A stretch of DNA of 64,000 nt from contig CBDIID010000003.1 of assembly GCA_965279515.1 (NCBI GenBank), forward strand, positions 4,032,001 to 4,096,000. Direction: 5' to 3'. Made by a program: the position numbers and the translations under genes. The DNA comes from Turneriella sp. Its GTDB lineage: Bacteria > Spirochaetota > Leptospiria > Turneriellales > Turneriellaceae. Every line of letters begins with the position of its first letter. Within the stretch, counting starts at the first letter, position 1. The notes beneath the pieces were generated by a model. It was not told the origin of the DNA. It searched no databases and saw nothing but the letters and a program-made list of their open reading frames with translations. Positions 40,834 through 50,556 of the stretch are shown here, piece after piece.

Positions 40834-40901
40834 TCAGGTAAAACTACCTGATAAGTCCTGTATATCACCGCCTTGACTTGGCCGCTTTTTTAAGTTATCA
40901 C
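40834..40901 (+). promoter_or_regulatory. island operator 4 + leaderless promoter of the M50 operon
   Basis: Perfect TCAGGTA-aaac-TACCTGA, 21 bp, TTGACT-17-TATCAC, ATG at 40907. Confidence 0.78.
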
Positions 40902-40906
40902 AAACC

Positions 40907-41992
40907 ATGAAATGGTCACTTTATTTTGCTGAGGTCCGCGGCATTAAAATTTATGTCCACTGGAGCTTTGTCATACTCGTGACGTGGGTTACCTTCGCGG
41001 CATGGACCAGAAATCACAGTTGGAATCACGCCCTTTTTGCCACTGCGTATATCCTGCTGCTCTTTGTCTGCGTTGTCCTGCATGAATTTGGGCATGCGCT
41101 AACCGCGCGGCGTTTTGGCATCCGTACGCAGGACATTACTTTATTGCCCTTCGGCGGCGTCGCGCGGATGGAAAAAATGCCCGAAAAGCCCAGCGAAGAG
41201 TTTCTCGTCGCCATTGCTGGCCCCGCAGTCAATGTTGTCATTGCATCCGCACTGCTGGCAGTGCATTACTTCTTTTCAATACCGCTCCGCTTTCAACCGG
41301 ATTTAGACCTGTTAACGGGAATAAACCTGCTGACGTTACTCATGTTCGTCAACGCATTCATGGCGGTCTTCAATCTCATACCGGCTTTCCCGATGGACGG
41401 CGGCAGAATACTGCGCGCTGCCCTGGCAGCGAAATTTCCCCACCCGCAGGCAACGCAAATCGCCGCCCGTATCGGGCAGGCCTTTGCCGTGGTCTTCGTG
41501 CTCGTGGGCGTATTCAGCAATATCTGGCTTGTTTTCATCGGCATTTTTATCTACATGGGGGCGGGCGGCGAAGCGGCGCAAGAGGCCATAAACTCTGAAC
41601 TTGCGCGCTTTCGGGTGCGGGATCTGGTCATGACGGATTTCCCCACTATCCGGGATACAGACCTTCTGGGCGCGGGCATCCGGCTGTCGCTGAGAAGCCA
41701 GAGCAAAGAGTTTCTTGTCGTCGATGCCGTCGGAAATCTGCAGGGAACGCTGACACCCATCGAAATGCTGGCGGGTCTTTCTGAGCGCGGGGAGAACACC
41801 CCGATCCGCCAGGTGATGCGCACCGGTCTGCCGATGCTTTCACCCGACATGACCATCGTCGAAGCCCTGCGCAAGATGACAGAAAACAATGCCCAGATGC
41901 TGCCGGTCGGAACCGGGGATCAGCTCATCGGAATCATCGATATGACAAATATTTCTGAATTTCTGCAGGTACGCAGGCTCATCCAGAAATGA
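40907..41992 (+). CDS. site-2 (M50) zinc metalloprotease with CBS pair (Rip3-like)
   Basis: HEFGH, AGPAVN, FNLIPAFPMDGGR, C-terminal CBS domains. Confidence 0.93.
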   Translation: MKWSLYFAEVRGIKIYVHWSFVILVTWVTFAAWTRNHSWNHALFATAYILLLFVCVVLHEFGHALTARRFGIRTQDITLLPFGGVARMEKMPEKPSEEFLVAIAGPAVNVVIASALLAVHYFFSIPLRFQPDLDLLTGINLLTLLMFVNAFMAVFNLIPAFPMDGGRILRAALAAKFPHPQATQIAARIGQAFAVVFVLVGVFSNIWLVFIGIFIYMGAGGEAAQEAINSELARFRVRDLVMTDFPTIRDTDLLGAGIRLSLRSQSKEFLVVDAVGNLQGTLTPIEMLAGLSERGENTPIRQVMRTGLPMLSPDMTIVEALRKMTENNAQMLPVGTGDQLIGIIDMTNISEFLQVRRLIQK

Positions 41993-42075
41993 ACTGTTGA
42001 TGATTTAACGCGGCGGCATGATAGGAAATCCTGCCTGCCGCCGAATGGATGCCGCGTGCATCAAAGGAGAAAAAA

Positions 42076-42510
42076 ATGACACACGATTTACTGATCGCCG
42101 TATGCGGAAGAACCGGGGCACGTTTTTTCACGGGGGATTCCATGCTCACGGGAATACATCCGATTCACAAGCTGGAAAATCCCCAGGGCAGATTGCAGGC
42201 GCATTCACTCGACAGCGATAAAGCGGGGGAGAGCGGTTCGAGTAATTACAGCGGGCATAATTCATTCTCACCCGAGCACAATGCGGTTGACCACGAAGCG
42301 ACCCGGTTTGCGGGGGAAGTTGCGGATTTTCTTAACCGGGCACGTGTCGAACATACTTGCCGTGAAATTCTTATCGCAGCAGATGCTAAATTCACCGGCA
42401 AACTCAAGGAGCACCTGGATAAGGATACAGGCAGAATGGTGCGCAACTATGTTATCCAGGATCTGATGAAGACCGAAGACAGGGACCTGCTCGCACACCT
42501 GCGCCCGTAA
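42076..42510 (+). CDS. host-attachment (AtsE)/baeRF family protein
   Basis: RBS AAGGAG; ARFF, ENPQGR, RFAGEVADFL, AADAKFTGKL, DL. Confidence 0.8.
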   Translation: MTHDLLIAVCGRTGARFFTGDSMLTGIHPIHKLENPQGRLQAHSLDSDKAGESGSSNYSGHNSFSPEHNAVDHEATRFAGEVADFLNRARVEHTCREILIAADAKFTGKLKEHLDKDTGRMVRNYVIQDLMKTEDRDLLAHLRP

Positions 42511-42514
42511 GGTA

Positions 42515-45079
42515 ATGAAGGCCCTCCCGGATCTGCGCGCTTTTCGGGGAATTTCGCGCAGCGAAGCCGTCCAACGCCTCATGGCGGGCGGTTACAACGA
42601 AATTCAGCAGGCGAAACCTCCGGGGCGCGTTGCCATGGCATTTTCGGCGCTGCGCGAGCCGATGGTTTTACTGCTCTTAGTCTGTGCCGCGATCTACCTG
42701 TCCCTGGGCGATCTCCGCGAAGGGCTCATTATGTTCACTACCGTCTTCGTCGTGGGTGGTATTGAATTTTATCAGAGGCAGAAAACGGAAAGGACAATGG
42801 AGCAGCTGCGGCAATACTCGAGTCCGCGTGCCCTGGTTATCCGCGACGGAGAAGAAATGCGCATTGCAGGGCGCGAAGTTGTCACCGGCGATATCGTCAT
42901 CGTCCGCGAAGGTGACAGGGTCCCGGCAGATGCGGTGGTTCTCTTCGAACTGAATCTGGGTGTGGATGAATCTCTTCTGACCGGCGAATCGCACCCGGTT
43001 GCAAAAACCGAAGGCACCACGGCCACGCTGATCACTCCTCCGGGAGGCGACGTTTCAGCTTCGCTTTATTCGGGTACGCTCGTCGTCCAGGGCCAGGCTG
43101 TCGCGCTCGTAGCGGCCACGGGGGAATTCACGCAAATGGGCCTGCTGGGAAAAACACTCGCGGCTATCCCCGATGAGAAATCTGCCCTGCAGAAAGAAAC
43201 CGGCAGGATCGTTGCCGTGTTCGCGGTTGTGGCGTTTATTCTCTGCTCGGCAGTCGTCGTCACGTTTGCTATCCGCTATTCCAATTGGCTGAAAGGTTTT
43301 CTCGCTGGCACGGCGCTGGCGCTCTCCATGCTGCCCGAAGAGTTTCCGGTGGCGCTGACAATCTTCCTTGCTGTCGGGGCATGGCGTATCGCGCGCAAGA
43401 ATGTCATGACGCGCGTGCCGGCTGCGCTCGAGATTCTGGGTGCCACAAGCGTGCTTTGCTCCGATAAAACAGGAACGATAACAGAAAACCGCATGAGACT
43501 GACGATACTTGCCAATGATTCTGATGCCTTGCAGGTCGATTATTCCGCTCCGGCTGCGGAGCTGCCCGAAAGTTACCACGAAGTTCTTGAGTATGCAATT
43601 CTCGCCAGCCAGGCAAATCCCTACGATCCCATGGAGAAGGCAATTCTGTCGTTCGGAAATACGGCTCTTGCCGGCAGCGAACACTTACACGGCGAATGGA
43701 ACCTCTTCAAAGAATACCCGCTCTCCCGTTCGCTGCTGGCCATTTCGCGCGCTTTTAAGAATTCGCAGGGTGGCTTTGTCATCGCCGCGAAAGGGGCTCC
43801 CGAGGCGGTATTTGATCTTTGCCACCTGAATCCTGAAGCATTCGCAGAGCAGACAGGGCGTGTCACAGAGTTTGCCAAAAAGGGCCTGCGGGTCATCGCC
43901 GTAGCCAAAGCGTTACCCGGTAAAGACAGGCTTCCTGAAATACAGCATGATTTCGAATTCGAGTTCCTCGGCCTTCTGGGCTTTAAGGATCCTGTTCGGG
44001 CCGGTGTTCCGGATTCCATAGCTGCCTGTGCGAAAGCGGGCATCCGCGTCATTATGATCACCGGGGATCATCCGGCAACGGCCGCGCATATTGCCCGCGA
44101 AATACAGATAGCCGATTGCGATCGTGTGCTTACCGGAAACATGCTGCGGGAAATGAGCGCAGCAGAGCTTAAGGATAATATCCGGAGGACGAATGTCTTT
44201 GCCCGGATTTCTCCCGACCAGAAATTGCAGATTGTCCGCGCACTGAAAGAAAATGCAGCCACAGTCATTATGACCGGCGACGGTGTGAACGATGCGCCTG
44301 CGCTCAAGGCCGCCGACATTGGCATCGCCATGGGGGGCAAAGGCACCGACGTTGCGCGCGAAGCGGCCAAGCTTGTCTTACTCGACGATGATTTTTCGAA
44401 TATCGTTAAGGCAATTAGCCTGGGGCGCAGAATTGTCGCCAATTTGAGAAAGGCTTTTTCTTTCATTGTGGCATCCCATATTCCGATCGCTGCCGTTGCC
44501 CTGATCCCGGTTCTTTTTCCGGATCTGCCGGTGATTTTATTTCCGGTTCATATTGTTTTCCTCGAGCTGATTATCGATCCTGCATGCACGTTAGCCTTCG
44601 AGAATGAAGAAAACCCGCGGATTATGGATGCCCCGCTGGATGCGACCCAGGGACGGTTCTTCGATTTACGCTCCATAACCCTCAGCTTTCTGCAGGGTGT
44701 TTCGGTGACTGCGGCCGTCGTTGCCGTTTATTTTACGACCCGCTACACCGGTTACTCTGAAAATGTTTCCCGTGCGCTGACATTTGCCACACTTATCATG
44801 GGAAATATTTTCCTGATTCTGTCCAATGCATCAGCTTCGCGCTTCGCGCTGAATCCTGCGGGTTTCAGAAACCCGGCATTGCGCTGGATTATCATCGCGG
44901 CAATTTTGCTCCTGGCTGTAATACTCTATCTGCCGGGAATCCGTGAAGTTTTCCGCTTTGAATCGCCTGATTTCATAAGCCTCGCATTATGCGCCGCCTG
45001 CGCCTTTGCCGGTATATTGTGGTTTGAGGTGCTCAAGTATTGGCGGCAGGCTCAGCGCGCGCGCGGAATTTCAATTTGA
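42515..45079 (+). CDS. cation-transporting P-type ATPase (P2-like)
   Basis: TGES, PEEFP, DKTGT, KGAPE, TGDH, GDGVNDAP. Confidence 0.95.
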   Translation: MKALPDLRAFRGISRSEAVQRLMAGGYNEIQQAKPPGRVAMAFSALREPMVLLLLVCAAIYLSLGDLREGLIMFTTVFVVGGIEFYQRQKTERTMEQLRQYSSPRALVIRDGEEMRIAGREVVTGDIVIVREGDRVPADAVVLFELNLGVDESLLTGESHPVAKTEGTTATLITPPGGDVSASLYSGTLVVQGQAVALVAATGEFTQMGLLGKTLAAIPDEKSALQKETGRIVAVFAVVAFILCSAVVVTFAIRYSNWLKGFLAGTALALSMLPEEFPVALTIFLAVGAWRIARKNVMTRVPAALEILGATSVLCSDKTGTITENRMRLTILANDSDALQVDYSAPAAELPESYHEVLEYAILASQANPYDPMEKAILSFGNTALAGSEHLHGEWNLFKEYPLSRSLLAISRAFKNSQGGFVIAAKGAPEAVFDLCHLNPEAFAEQTGRVTEFAKKGLRVIAVAKALPGKDRLPEIQHDFEFEFLGLLGFKDPVRAGVPDSIAACAKAGIRVIMITGDHPATAAHIAREIQIADCDRVLTGNMLREMSAAELKDNIRRTNVFARISPDQKLQIVRALKENAATVIMTGDGVNDAPALKAADIGIAMGGKGTDVAREAAKLVLLDDDFSNIVKAISLGRRIVANLRKAFSFIVASHIPIAAVALIPVLFPDLPVILFPVHIVFLELIIDPACTLAFENEENPRIMDAPLDATQGRFFDLRSITLSFLQGVSVTAAVVAVYFTTRYTGYSENVSRALTFATLIMGNIFLILSNASASRFALNPAGFRNPALRWIIIAAILLLAVILYLPGIREVFRFESPDFISLALCAACAFAGILWFEVLKYWRQAQRARGISI

Positions 45080-46128
45080 ATGCGCGAACCTTTGCCGGGC
45101 TCCGAAACGATCTGCAAAATGCCGCCCGCAATCTGGGCCCTTTCTTTCATAATGTGCAGGCCTAAACCTTTGCGGCGGTTTGCACCGGAGTGCAGGGCTT
45201 CAATATCCATACCTTGACCGTTGTCGCTTACCGCAACGACCAGGCTCCCGGCGCTGAGGGTTGCGGCAATTTCTATGCGGCTTGCGGCCGCATGTTTTAC
45301 CGCATTGACGAGTGCCTGTTCGACAATGCGGTAGACGTTGATATCCCAGTTTTCCGGGAAGAAACCGTCAAGCGATGCGACATCGGTAATGATTTCGGGG
45401 CCGTCCGCATGAGAAAAACGCTGCGCAAGCTGCAAAATCGCCTGGGCAATGCCCAAACCCTTGAGCCCGATCGGGCTCAGGTTATGCGAGAGCGTGCGAA
45501 CTTCCTGCAGAATTTCATCGAGGTAGGCGATGATTTCAGCGGCTTCGCTGAGTACAGGGAAGCCGCTCTGTTTTTCAATTTTTGCGAGCTTCGACTGCAG
45601 TTGCAGTTTTAGCGCGAGAAGCGATTGTCCCAGTCCGTCATGAATTTCCTGGGAAAGTGCGGAGCGTTCTTCTTCGCGGATTTGCAGGATTTTTTGTGAT
45701 AGTTGTTTGAGTTCCGCTTCGATGGATTTGCGTTCCATTGCATAACGCATCGATCTTGCGAGAAAAAAAGCGGATAACCCGTTCTTTTGCAGGAAATCCT
45801 GCGCGCCGGAGCGAACCGCGGCGGTGGCCATTTTTTCATCCTTGAGCCCCGTGAGCAGAATGATGGGAATCCGTAATGCTTCTTCCTGCGCTCTGTGGAA
45901 TGTCTCAAACCCCTGGCTGTCGGGCAGCGACAGGTCAAGGAGTATCAGGCGAATATTTTCGTTGCGTAATACATCCAAGCCTTCTCTCAGCGTTGTTTTC
46001 CAGATCAGTTGAAATTCTCCGGTATCTTCGCCGGGCATCAGGTTGATTTCTGAGACCATCTCTTCGATCAGGCGGGCATCACCTGGATTATCTTCGATGA
46101 GGAGAATATTGCGGTTCCGGTCAGTCAT
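45052..46128 (-). CDS. REC-HisKA_3-HATPase hybrid histidine kinase
   Basis: N-terminal REC (EDNPGD, LLDLSLPD), EIHDGLGQ, NAVKHA, DNGQG, GLGL. Confidence 0.92.
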   Translation of the reverse strand: MTDRNRNILLIEDNPGDARLIEEMVSEINLMPGEDTGEFQLIWKTTLREGLDVLRNENIRLILLDLSLPDSQGFETFHRAQEEALRIPIILLTGLKDEKMATAAVRSGAQDFLQKNGLSAFFLARSMRYAMERKSIEAELKQLSQKILQIREEERSALSQEIHDGLGQSLLALKLQLQSKLAKIEKQSGFPVLSEAAEIIAYLDEILQEVRTLSHNLSPIGLKGLGIAQAILQLAQRFSHADGPEIITDVASLDGFFPENWDINVYRIVEQALVNAVKHAAASRIEIAATLSAGSLVVAVSDNGQGMDIEALHSGANRRKGLGLHIMKERAQIAGGILQIVSEPGKGSRIQIEIPRAR

Positions 46129-46133
46129 TGTGT

Positions 46134-46556
46134 TTACCGCGGTGGTAATTTGACAATGCTGAGCCAGAAGTCCTCTATCATTTTTATGACCTGGATAAAC
46201 TTCTCGAAGTCGACGGGTTTATTTATGTAACAATTGGCATGGAGATTATAAGTGCGGACGATATCCTGCTCGGCTTGTGACGTTGTCAGTATGACGACGG
46301 GGATTCTTTTCAGTTTTTCAGTATTCTTGATATGATCCAGGACTTCAACCCCGCTGACGCGCGGCAAATTGAGATCGAGCAGAATTAGGTCGGGGTGTGG
46401 ATTTGTTCCGGTATCGTTGTCGAGAAAAACAATCGCTTCTTCGCCGTCTTTCGCGATGTTCAGATGGTTTGATACCCGCCCTTCTTTTAATGCTTCTATC
46501 GTCAGGCGAATGTCCCCGGGATTATCTTCGACAAGCAGTATTTCGATAGATTTCAT
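46134..46556 (-). CDS. single-domain response regulator (Rcp1-like)
   Basis: VEDNPGD, LLDLNLP, LTTS, ANCYINKP, FWLSIVKLP. Confidence 0.92.
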   Translation of the reverse strand: MKSIEILLVEDNPGDIRLTIEALKEGRVSNHLNIAKDGEEAIVFLDNDTGTNPHPDLILLDLNLPRVSGVEVLDHIKNTEKLKRIPVVILTTSQAEQDIVRTYNLHANCYINKPVDFEKFIQVIKMIEDFWLSIVKLPPR

Positions 46557-46580
46557 AGGTGTACTCCTGACGGATGGCGC

Positions 46581-48020
46581 TTAGCCGGGCAACGTAAAAT
46601 GAAAAACAGTGCCCTTGCCTACAGTCGATTCCAGCCAGATCTTGCCGCCATGCCGTTCGACAATCTTTTTACATACCGCAAGGCCGATACCCGTACCCGG
46701 GTATTCAGCGCGGTGATTGAGGCGCTGGAAGATGACAAAGATCCGCTCAGCGTAATTCATATCGATACCAATGCCATTGTCGCTGACGGCGAACTGCCAG
46801 AAATCCCCTTTTTCCTGCACGGAAATACGGATTATGGGCGGCTTGTCTGAGCGGAACTTGATCGCATTGGTGATCAGGTTCTGGAAAAGTTGCAGGATCT
46901 GGGTTTTCTCGACCTTCAGCTGGGGCAATACGTCTGAATGAATTTCAGCCCCGGCTTCTTCTATGGCGATTTTCAGGTTGGCCTTAACCCTGTCCAAAAT
47001 TTCGTTGAGATCGGACTGTTGAAAGTTCTGTCCTGTCGTGGAGACGCGCGAGTAGGCGAGCAGATCGTTAATGAGTGTCTGCATGCGTTGTACACCATCG
47101 ACCGCGAAAGCGATAAATTCATTGGCGGATTCGTCGAGTTTGTCCTGGTAACGGCGAGCCAATAGCTGCACATAGCTGCCGATCATGCGCAAAGGTTCCT
47201 GCAGGTCATGCGACGCCACATAGGCGAATTGCTGCAATTCCGCATTGGAGCGTGCCAATTCACGCTGGATTTCCTTGAGCTCGGTAATATCTTCTTCAAT
47301 CGCCAGGTAATGCGTAATCTCGTTGGCGGCATCCTTGATCGGCGAGATCGAGGCCAAAACCCAGAACAGTTCTCCGGTTTTTTTCCGGTTATGGAATTCG
47401 CCTTTCCATTCCTCTCCTTTGGCTATCGTGCTCCACAGGCTGCGGTAGTCGTCTTCAGAGAGGTGCCCCGATTTCAGGAAGTTCGGGTTTTTTCCGATGA
47501 CCTCGGCCGCGGTGTAGCCGGTCACTTCAGTAAATTTCCTGTTTACGTATTCGAGACTGCCGTCTTTATTCGTCACCAGTACGAGACTTGCGCTCTGTTC
47601 CACGGCGCGTGACAGTTTGCGCAATCCCTCTTCGGCATTTACCCGCGCGGTAATATCGGAAACAATGCCCGTAAAATAGGTTTTTCCATGCAGGACCATT
47701 TTGCCTACGGAAAGGTTCATAGGAAATACAGAACCGTTTTTTCGCTTACCGGTAACTTCGCGGCCGATGCCGATGATTTTTGCTTTTCCGCTATTCGTGT
47801 AATTGGCGAGATAACCGTCATGCTCTTGCTGGTAGGGCGACGGCATCAGCATGTTGACATTTTTGCCGATAATTTCCGCAGCCTTATAACCGAATATTTT
47901 CTCTGCCGCGGGATTCAGCGAGTCGATGAGACCTTTTTCGTCGATGACAATAATACCATCGATGACGGTATCGAGAATCGCGCGAAGCCTGGCTTCTTCT
48001 TCGGAAAGTTCAGCTTGCAT
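46581..48020 (-). CDS. cytoplasmic PAS-PAS histidine kinase (FixL-like haem PAS + NifL-like PAS)
   Basis: LMPSPYQQEHDGYL...IIGIGREV; second PAS GKNPNFLKSG...LWSTI; H-box ASHDLQEPLR; no TM. Confidence 0.92.
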   Translation of the reverse strand: MQAELSEEEARLRAILDTVIDGIIVIDEKGLIDSLNPAAEKIFGYKAAEIIGKNVNMLMPSPYQQEHDGYLANYTNSGKAKIIGIGREVTGKRKNGSVFPMNLSVGKMVLHGKTYFTGIVSDITARVNAEEGLRKLSRAVEQSASLVLVTNKDGSLEYVNRKFTEVTGYTAAEVIGKNPNFLKSGHLSEDDYRSLWSTIAKGEEWKGEFHNRKKTGELFWVLASISPIKDAANEITHYLAIEEDITELKEIQRELARSNAELQQFAYVASHDLQEPLRMIGSYVQLLARRYQDKLDESANEFIAFAVDGVQRMQTLINDLLAYSRVSTTGQNFQQSDLNEILDRVKANLKIAIEEAGAEIHSDVLPQLKVEKTQILQLFQNLITNAIKFRSDKPPIIRISVQEKGDFWQFAVSDNGIGIDMNYAERIFVIFQRLNHRAEYPGTGIGLAVCKKIVERHGGKIWLESTVGKGTVFHFTLPG

Positions 48021-48035
48021 TTCAGGATTTTCCGT

Positions 48036-48428
48036 TCAGTCTGAATCGGAAAACGAATCCTGTCCGGCAAGAACCTTTCGGATAGTGACAATCAGATTTT
48101 CAAAAACGGCGTCTTTGGATACGAAGGCTGCAGCTCCCTTTTCTTTGGCAACGCGACGGAAAATTTTGTCTTCTTGTCCCGAAACGATGATCGTGCGGAT
48201 CTCGGGATAGAGTTCAGAGATTTTTGCGAGCACGGTGAATCCGTTCATCTTTGGCATCGATATATCCAGTAGAATAAGGCTGCATTGAGGGTCGATTTGG
48301 GCCTCCAGCACAGCAATACCGTCCGAAAATTCGGCAATCACGCGGAATTCAGAATTGTCATGCAGATGCTGGCGCAATATTTTCCTGAAGGCGGCGTGGT
48401 CGTCGACGATGATGATACCCGGTTTCAT
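48036..48428 (-). CDS. stand-alone REC domain (NarL-type, no DNA-binding domain)
   Basis: VDDH, LLDISMP, FVSK. Confidence 0.85.
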   Translation of the reverse strand: MKPGIIIVDDHAAFRKILRQHLHDNSEFRVIAEFSDGIAVLEAQIDPQCSLILLDISMPKMNGFTVLAKISELYPEIRTIIVSGQEDKIFRRVAKEKGAAAFVSKDAVFENLIVTIRKVLAGQDSFSDSD

Positions 48429-48440
48429 TTTCAAAAGCAA

Positions 48441-48508
48441 TCCATATCATGAAACATCCGGCGGGTCAAGGCGGCAAAATACATGGAGAAACACGTATTT
48501 ATACGTGT
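48441..48508 (-). promoter_or_regulatory. island operator 5 + promoter of the sensor operon (possibly bidirectional)
   Basis: Perfect ACACGTA-N4-TACGTGT at 48491-48508; minus strand: 21 bp, TTGACC-17-TATGGA with TGn extension; plus strand TTGCGG also 21 bp away. Confidence 0.72.
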
Positions 48509-48588
48509 GAAATTGGCCCGGTAGAGTCGTTGCGGGCCCGCATTTTTGAGTGGACGGCGGGTTTTATTTCTATGCTCAAATAGCAAAA

Positions 48589-49239
48589 ATGGATAACTCG
48601 CCCGGGAAAAAACGCATTATTCTTGCGGATGATCATGCGATTCTGCGTGCTGGTCTCAAGAATCTCATTGCCGAAGACAGTGAATTTCTTGTGGTCGCGG
48701 AAGCGAATGACGGCGAGTCGCTGCTCGCGAGGCTGAAATCCACACCCTGCGATCTTGTCATCATGGACATTTCGATGCCCAACCTGAACGGCCTCGCAGC
48801 GCTCGAACAGATCAAAAAAATCTACCCGAAAATGAAAGTGCTGATCTTGAGCATGCACAAAGAACGCGACTATGTAAAGAACGCTATGGTTAAGGGTGCG
48901 GACGGGTACATGTTTAAGGACGCCGTATTTGACAAACTGCTTTCATCGGTAAAAGATATTTTTTTGGGCCAGAAAGCGTTTTCCTCCGAAGTCATGACAA
49001 TATTCCTCGACGAATATGTGCACGCGCAGGAGGGGCAATCCACCCTGGATAACCTGACCAAACGGGAGCGTGAAGTCTTGCGCGCTCTCGTCAAGGGGCT
49101 CACGAACAAGGAGATCGCCGATCAGCTCGACATCAGTGCGCGTACGGTCGAGGGGCACCGGGCAAATCTCATGGATAAACTAAACGTGAAGAACATGGCG
49201 GAGCTCATGAAAACGGCGATTTCTCTCGGTATCAACTGA
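48589..49239 (+). CDS. NarL/FixJ-family response regulator
   Basis: ADDH, MDISMP, LSMH, LTKREREV, ISARTVEGHRANLMDKL. Confidence 0.93.
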   Translation: MDNSPGKKRIILADDHAILRAGLKNLIAEDSEFLVVAEANDGESLLARLKSTPCDLVIMDISMPNLNGLAALEQIKKIYPKMKVLILSMHKERDYVKNAMVKGADGYMFKDAVFDKLLSSVKDIFLGQKAFSSEVMTIFLDEYVHAQEGQSTLDNLTKREREVLRALVKGLTNKEIADQLDISARTVEGHRANLMDKLNVKNMAELMKTAISLGIN

Positions 49240-49259
49240 CCCGGCGCCTGGCGGCGATA

Positions 49260-49910
49260 TCAAACAAGTCCTTTGTCGACCGCATAACGAACCAGGTCTG
49301 TAACATTCCCGAATTCCAATTTCTCCATGATGCGGCTGCGGTAGGCCTCGACCGTGCGCGAGCTGATATCCAGCTCTTCGGCTATCACAATGTTTGTCCA
49401 GCCGCGGGCGAGAAAGACCAAAACTTCTTTTTCTCGTTTGGTGAGCAAATTCAGCGAGATATGGCTTTCTTTAAGAACCCGGCGCTCGTCCGTTGCTACC
49501 GTCAGTAGCTCTTTAGAAAAGGATTTATGCCCGGCGGCGATGGATTTAATCGCCGAGATCAGTTTCTCAAAAGCCTCGTCTTTTAAAAGATAACCCTGGA
49601 CCTTTTTTGCCAGCGCTTTCTGCACAAATTCAGGTTCCTTATGCATGCTCAAAATCAGAATTTTCAGATCCGGGTAAGATTCCCGGATAGCAGATAATGC
49701 TTCCAGGCCGCTGAGTTCAGGCATGGATAAATCGAGAATCAGCATGTCGCACGGCTTCTCGCCCAGTATTTCGAGCAGGCGCCTGCCATTTTCCGCTTCG
49801 GCAACAACCGTCATGGTCGGATTTTCATTGATGAGGTTTTTCAGGCCGGTGCGCAGTATGGGATGGTCGTCGACGAGAACAATGCGCAGTTTTCGGATCT
49901 CATTGAACAT
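49260..49910 (-). CDS. NarL/FixJ-family response regulator
   Basis: VDDH, LDLSMP, LSMH, LTKREKEV, ISSRTVEAYRSRIMEKL; ATG 49910. Confidence 0.93.
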   Translation of the reverse strand: MFNEIRKLRIVLVDDHPILRTGLKNLINENPTMTVVAEAENGRRLLEILGEKPCDMLILDLSMPELSGLEALSAIRESYPDLKILILSMHKEPEFVQKALAKKVQGYLLKDEAFEKLISAIKSIAAGHKSFSKELLTVATDERRVLKESHISLNLLTKREKEVLVFLARGWTNIVIAEELDISSRTVEAYRSRIMEKLEFGNVTDLVRYAVDKGLV

Positions 49911-50010
49911 GGCTGTGTTTTGGGTGTGAATCCGGCCGCTATATCTTACGTCGAGCAGATATCCAGTCTTTTGTGAGAAAGAGAAAATAGCTGCCCGCAT
50001 GTACAAAAGG

Positions 50011-50049
50011 GAATACACCGGGCTGGGTTTAAAACCGCCCGGTGTATTC
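50011..50049 (-). terminator. putative terminator of the ppsA-sqr-tusE-dsrE operon
   Basis: 13-bp IR GAATACACCGGGC...GCCCGGTGTATTC followed on the minus strand by CCTTTTGT. Confidence 0.6.
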
Positions 50050-50068
50050 AAATGCGAGGAAATGATGC

Positions 50069-50539
50069 TCAGGTAAAAACAATATGCCCGCCGGCAGCTT
50101 TCTCATAGAATTCGCCGACGGTAATAATTTCCGAAACCTGTTCGCAGAAATCTTCTTTTTTGAGTTTGAACATGTCGACCGAGGCCTTACATCCATAAAG
50201 ACCAGCGCCTGAATCGTGAATCATCTGGATGAATTCGGGTATCGGTGGAATATCCAGCTCCGACATCTGTTTTTTCATCATATGCGTTGCGAGTCCTGAC
50301 ATGCCCGGCAGCATGCCTAGCAGCGTCGGCATATGCATACCGGGATTTCCCACCGTTGCCACCTTGATGTGGTCCATCGTCTTTTTCACGACCGCGTCGA
50401 GGCCAAAAAAGGTGAAGAAGACATTCACCGTGATTCCTTCCATGCGGGCGCCGTTGGCCATGATGAGCCCGGGGTAAACTCCGTCGAGCGAACCCTTGCT
50501 GATGATAATGGATACCTTTTCTTTGCTTAAATCTGACAT
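50069..50539 (-). CDS. DsrE2/DsrH-like sulfurtransferase family protein
   Basis: FFTFFGL, LYGCKASVDM, GGHIVFT; RBS AGGAG. Confidence 0.88.
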   Translation of the reverse strand: MSDLSKEKVSIIISKGSLDGVYPGLIMANGARMEGITVNVFFTFFGLDAVVKKTMDHIKVATVGNPGMHMPTLLGMLPGMSGLATHMMKKQMSELDIPPIPEFIQMIHDSGAGLYGCKASVDMFKLKKEDFCEQVSEIITVGEFYEKAAGGHIVFT

Positions 50540-50556
50540 AATTTTCTCCTATGTTC

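Noticed and set aside
49936..49953. Possible seventh operator before the second NarL gene
   Set aside because: Only a partial half-site, too close to the start codon for the 21-bp/-35 geometry.
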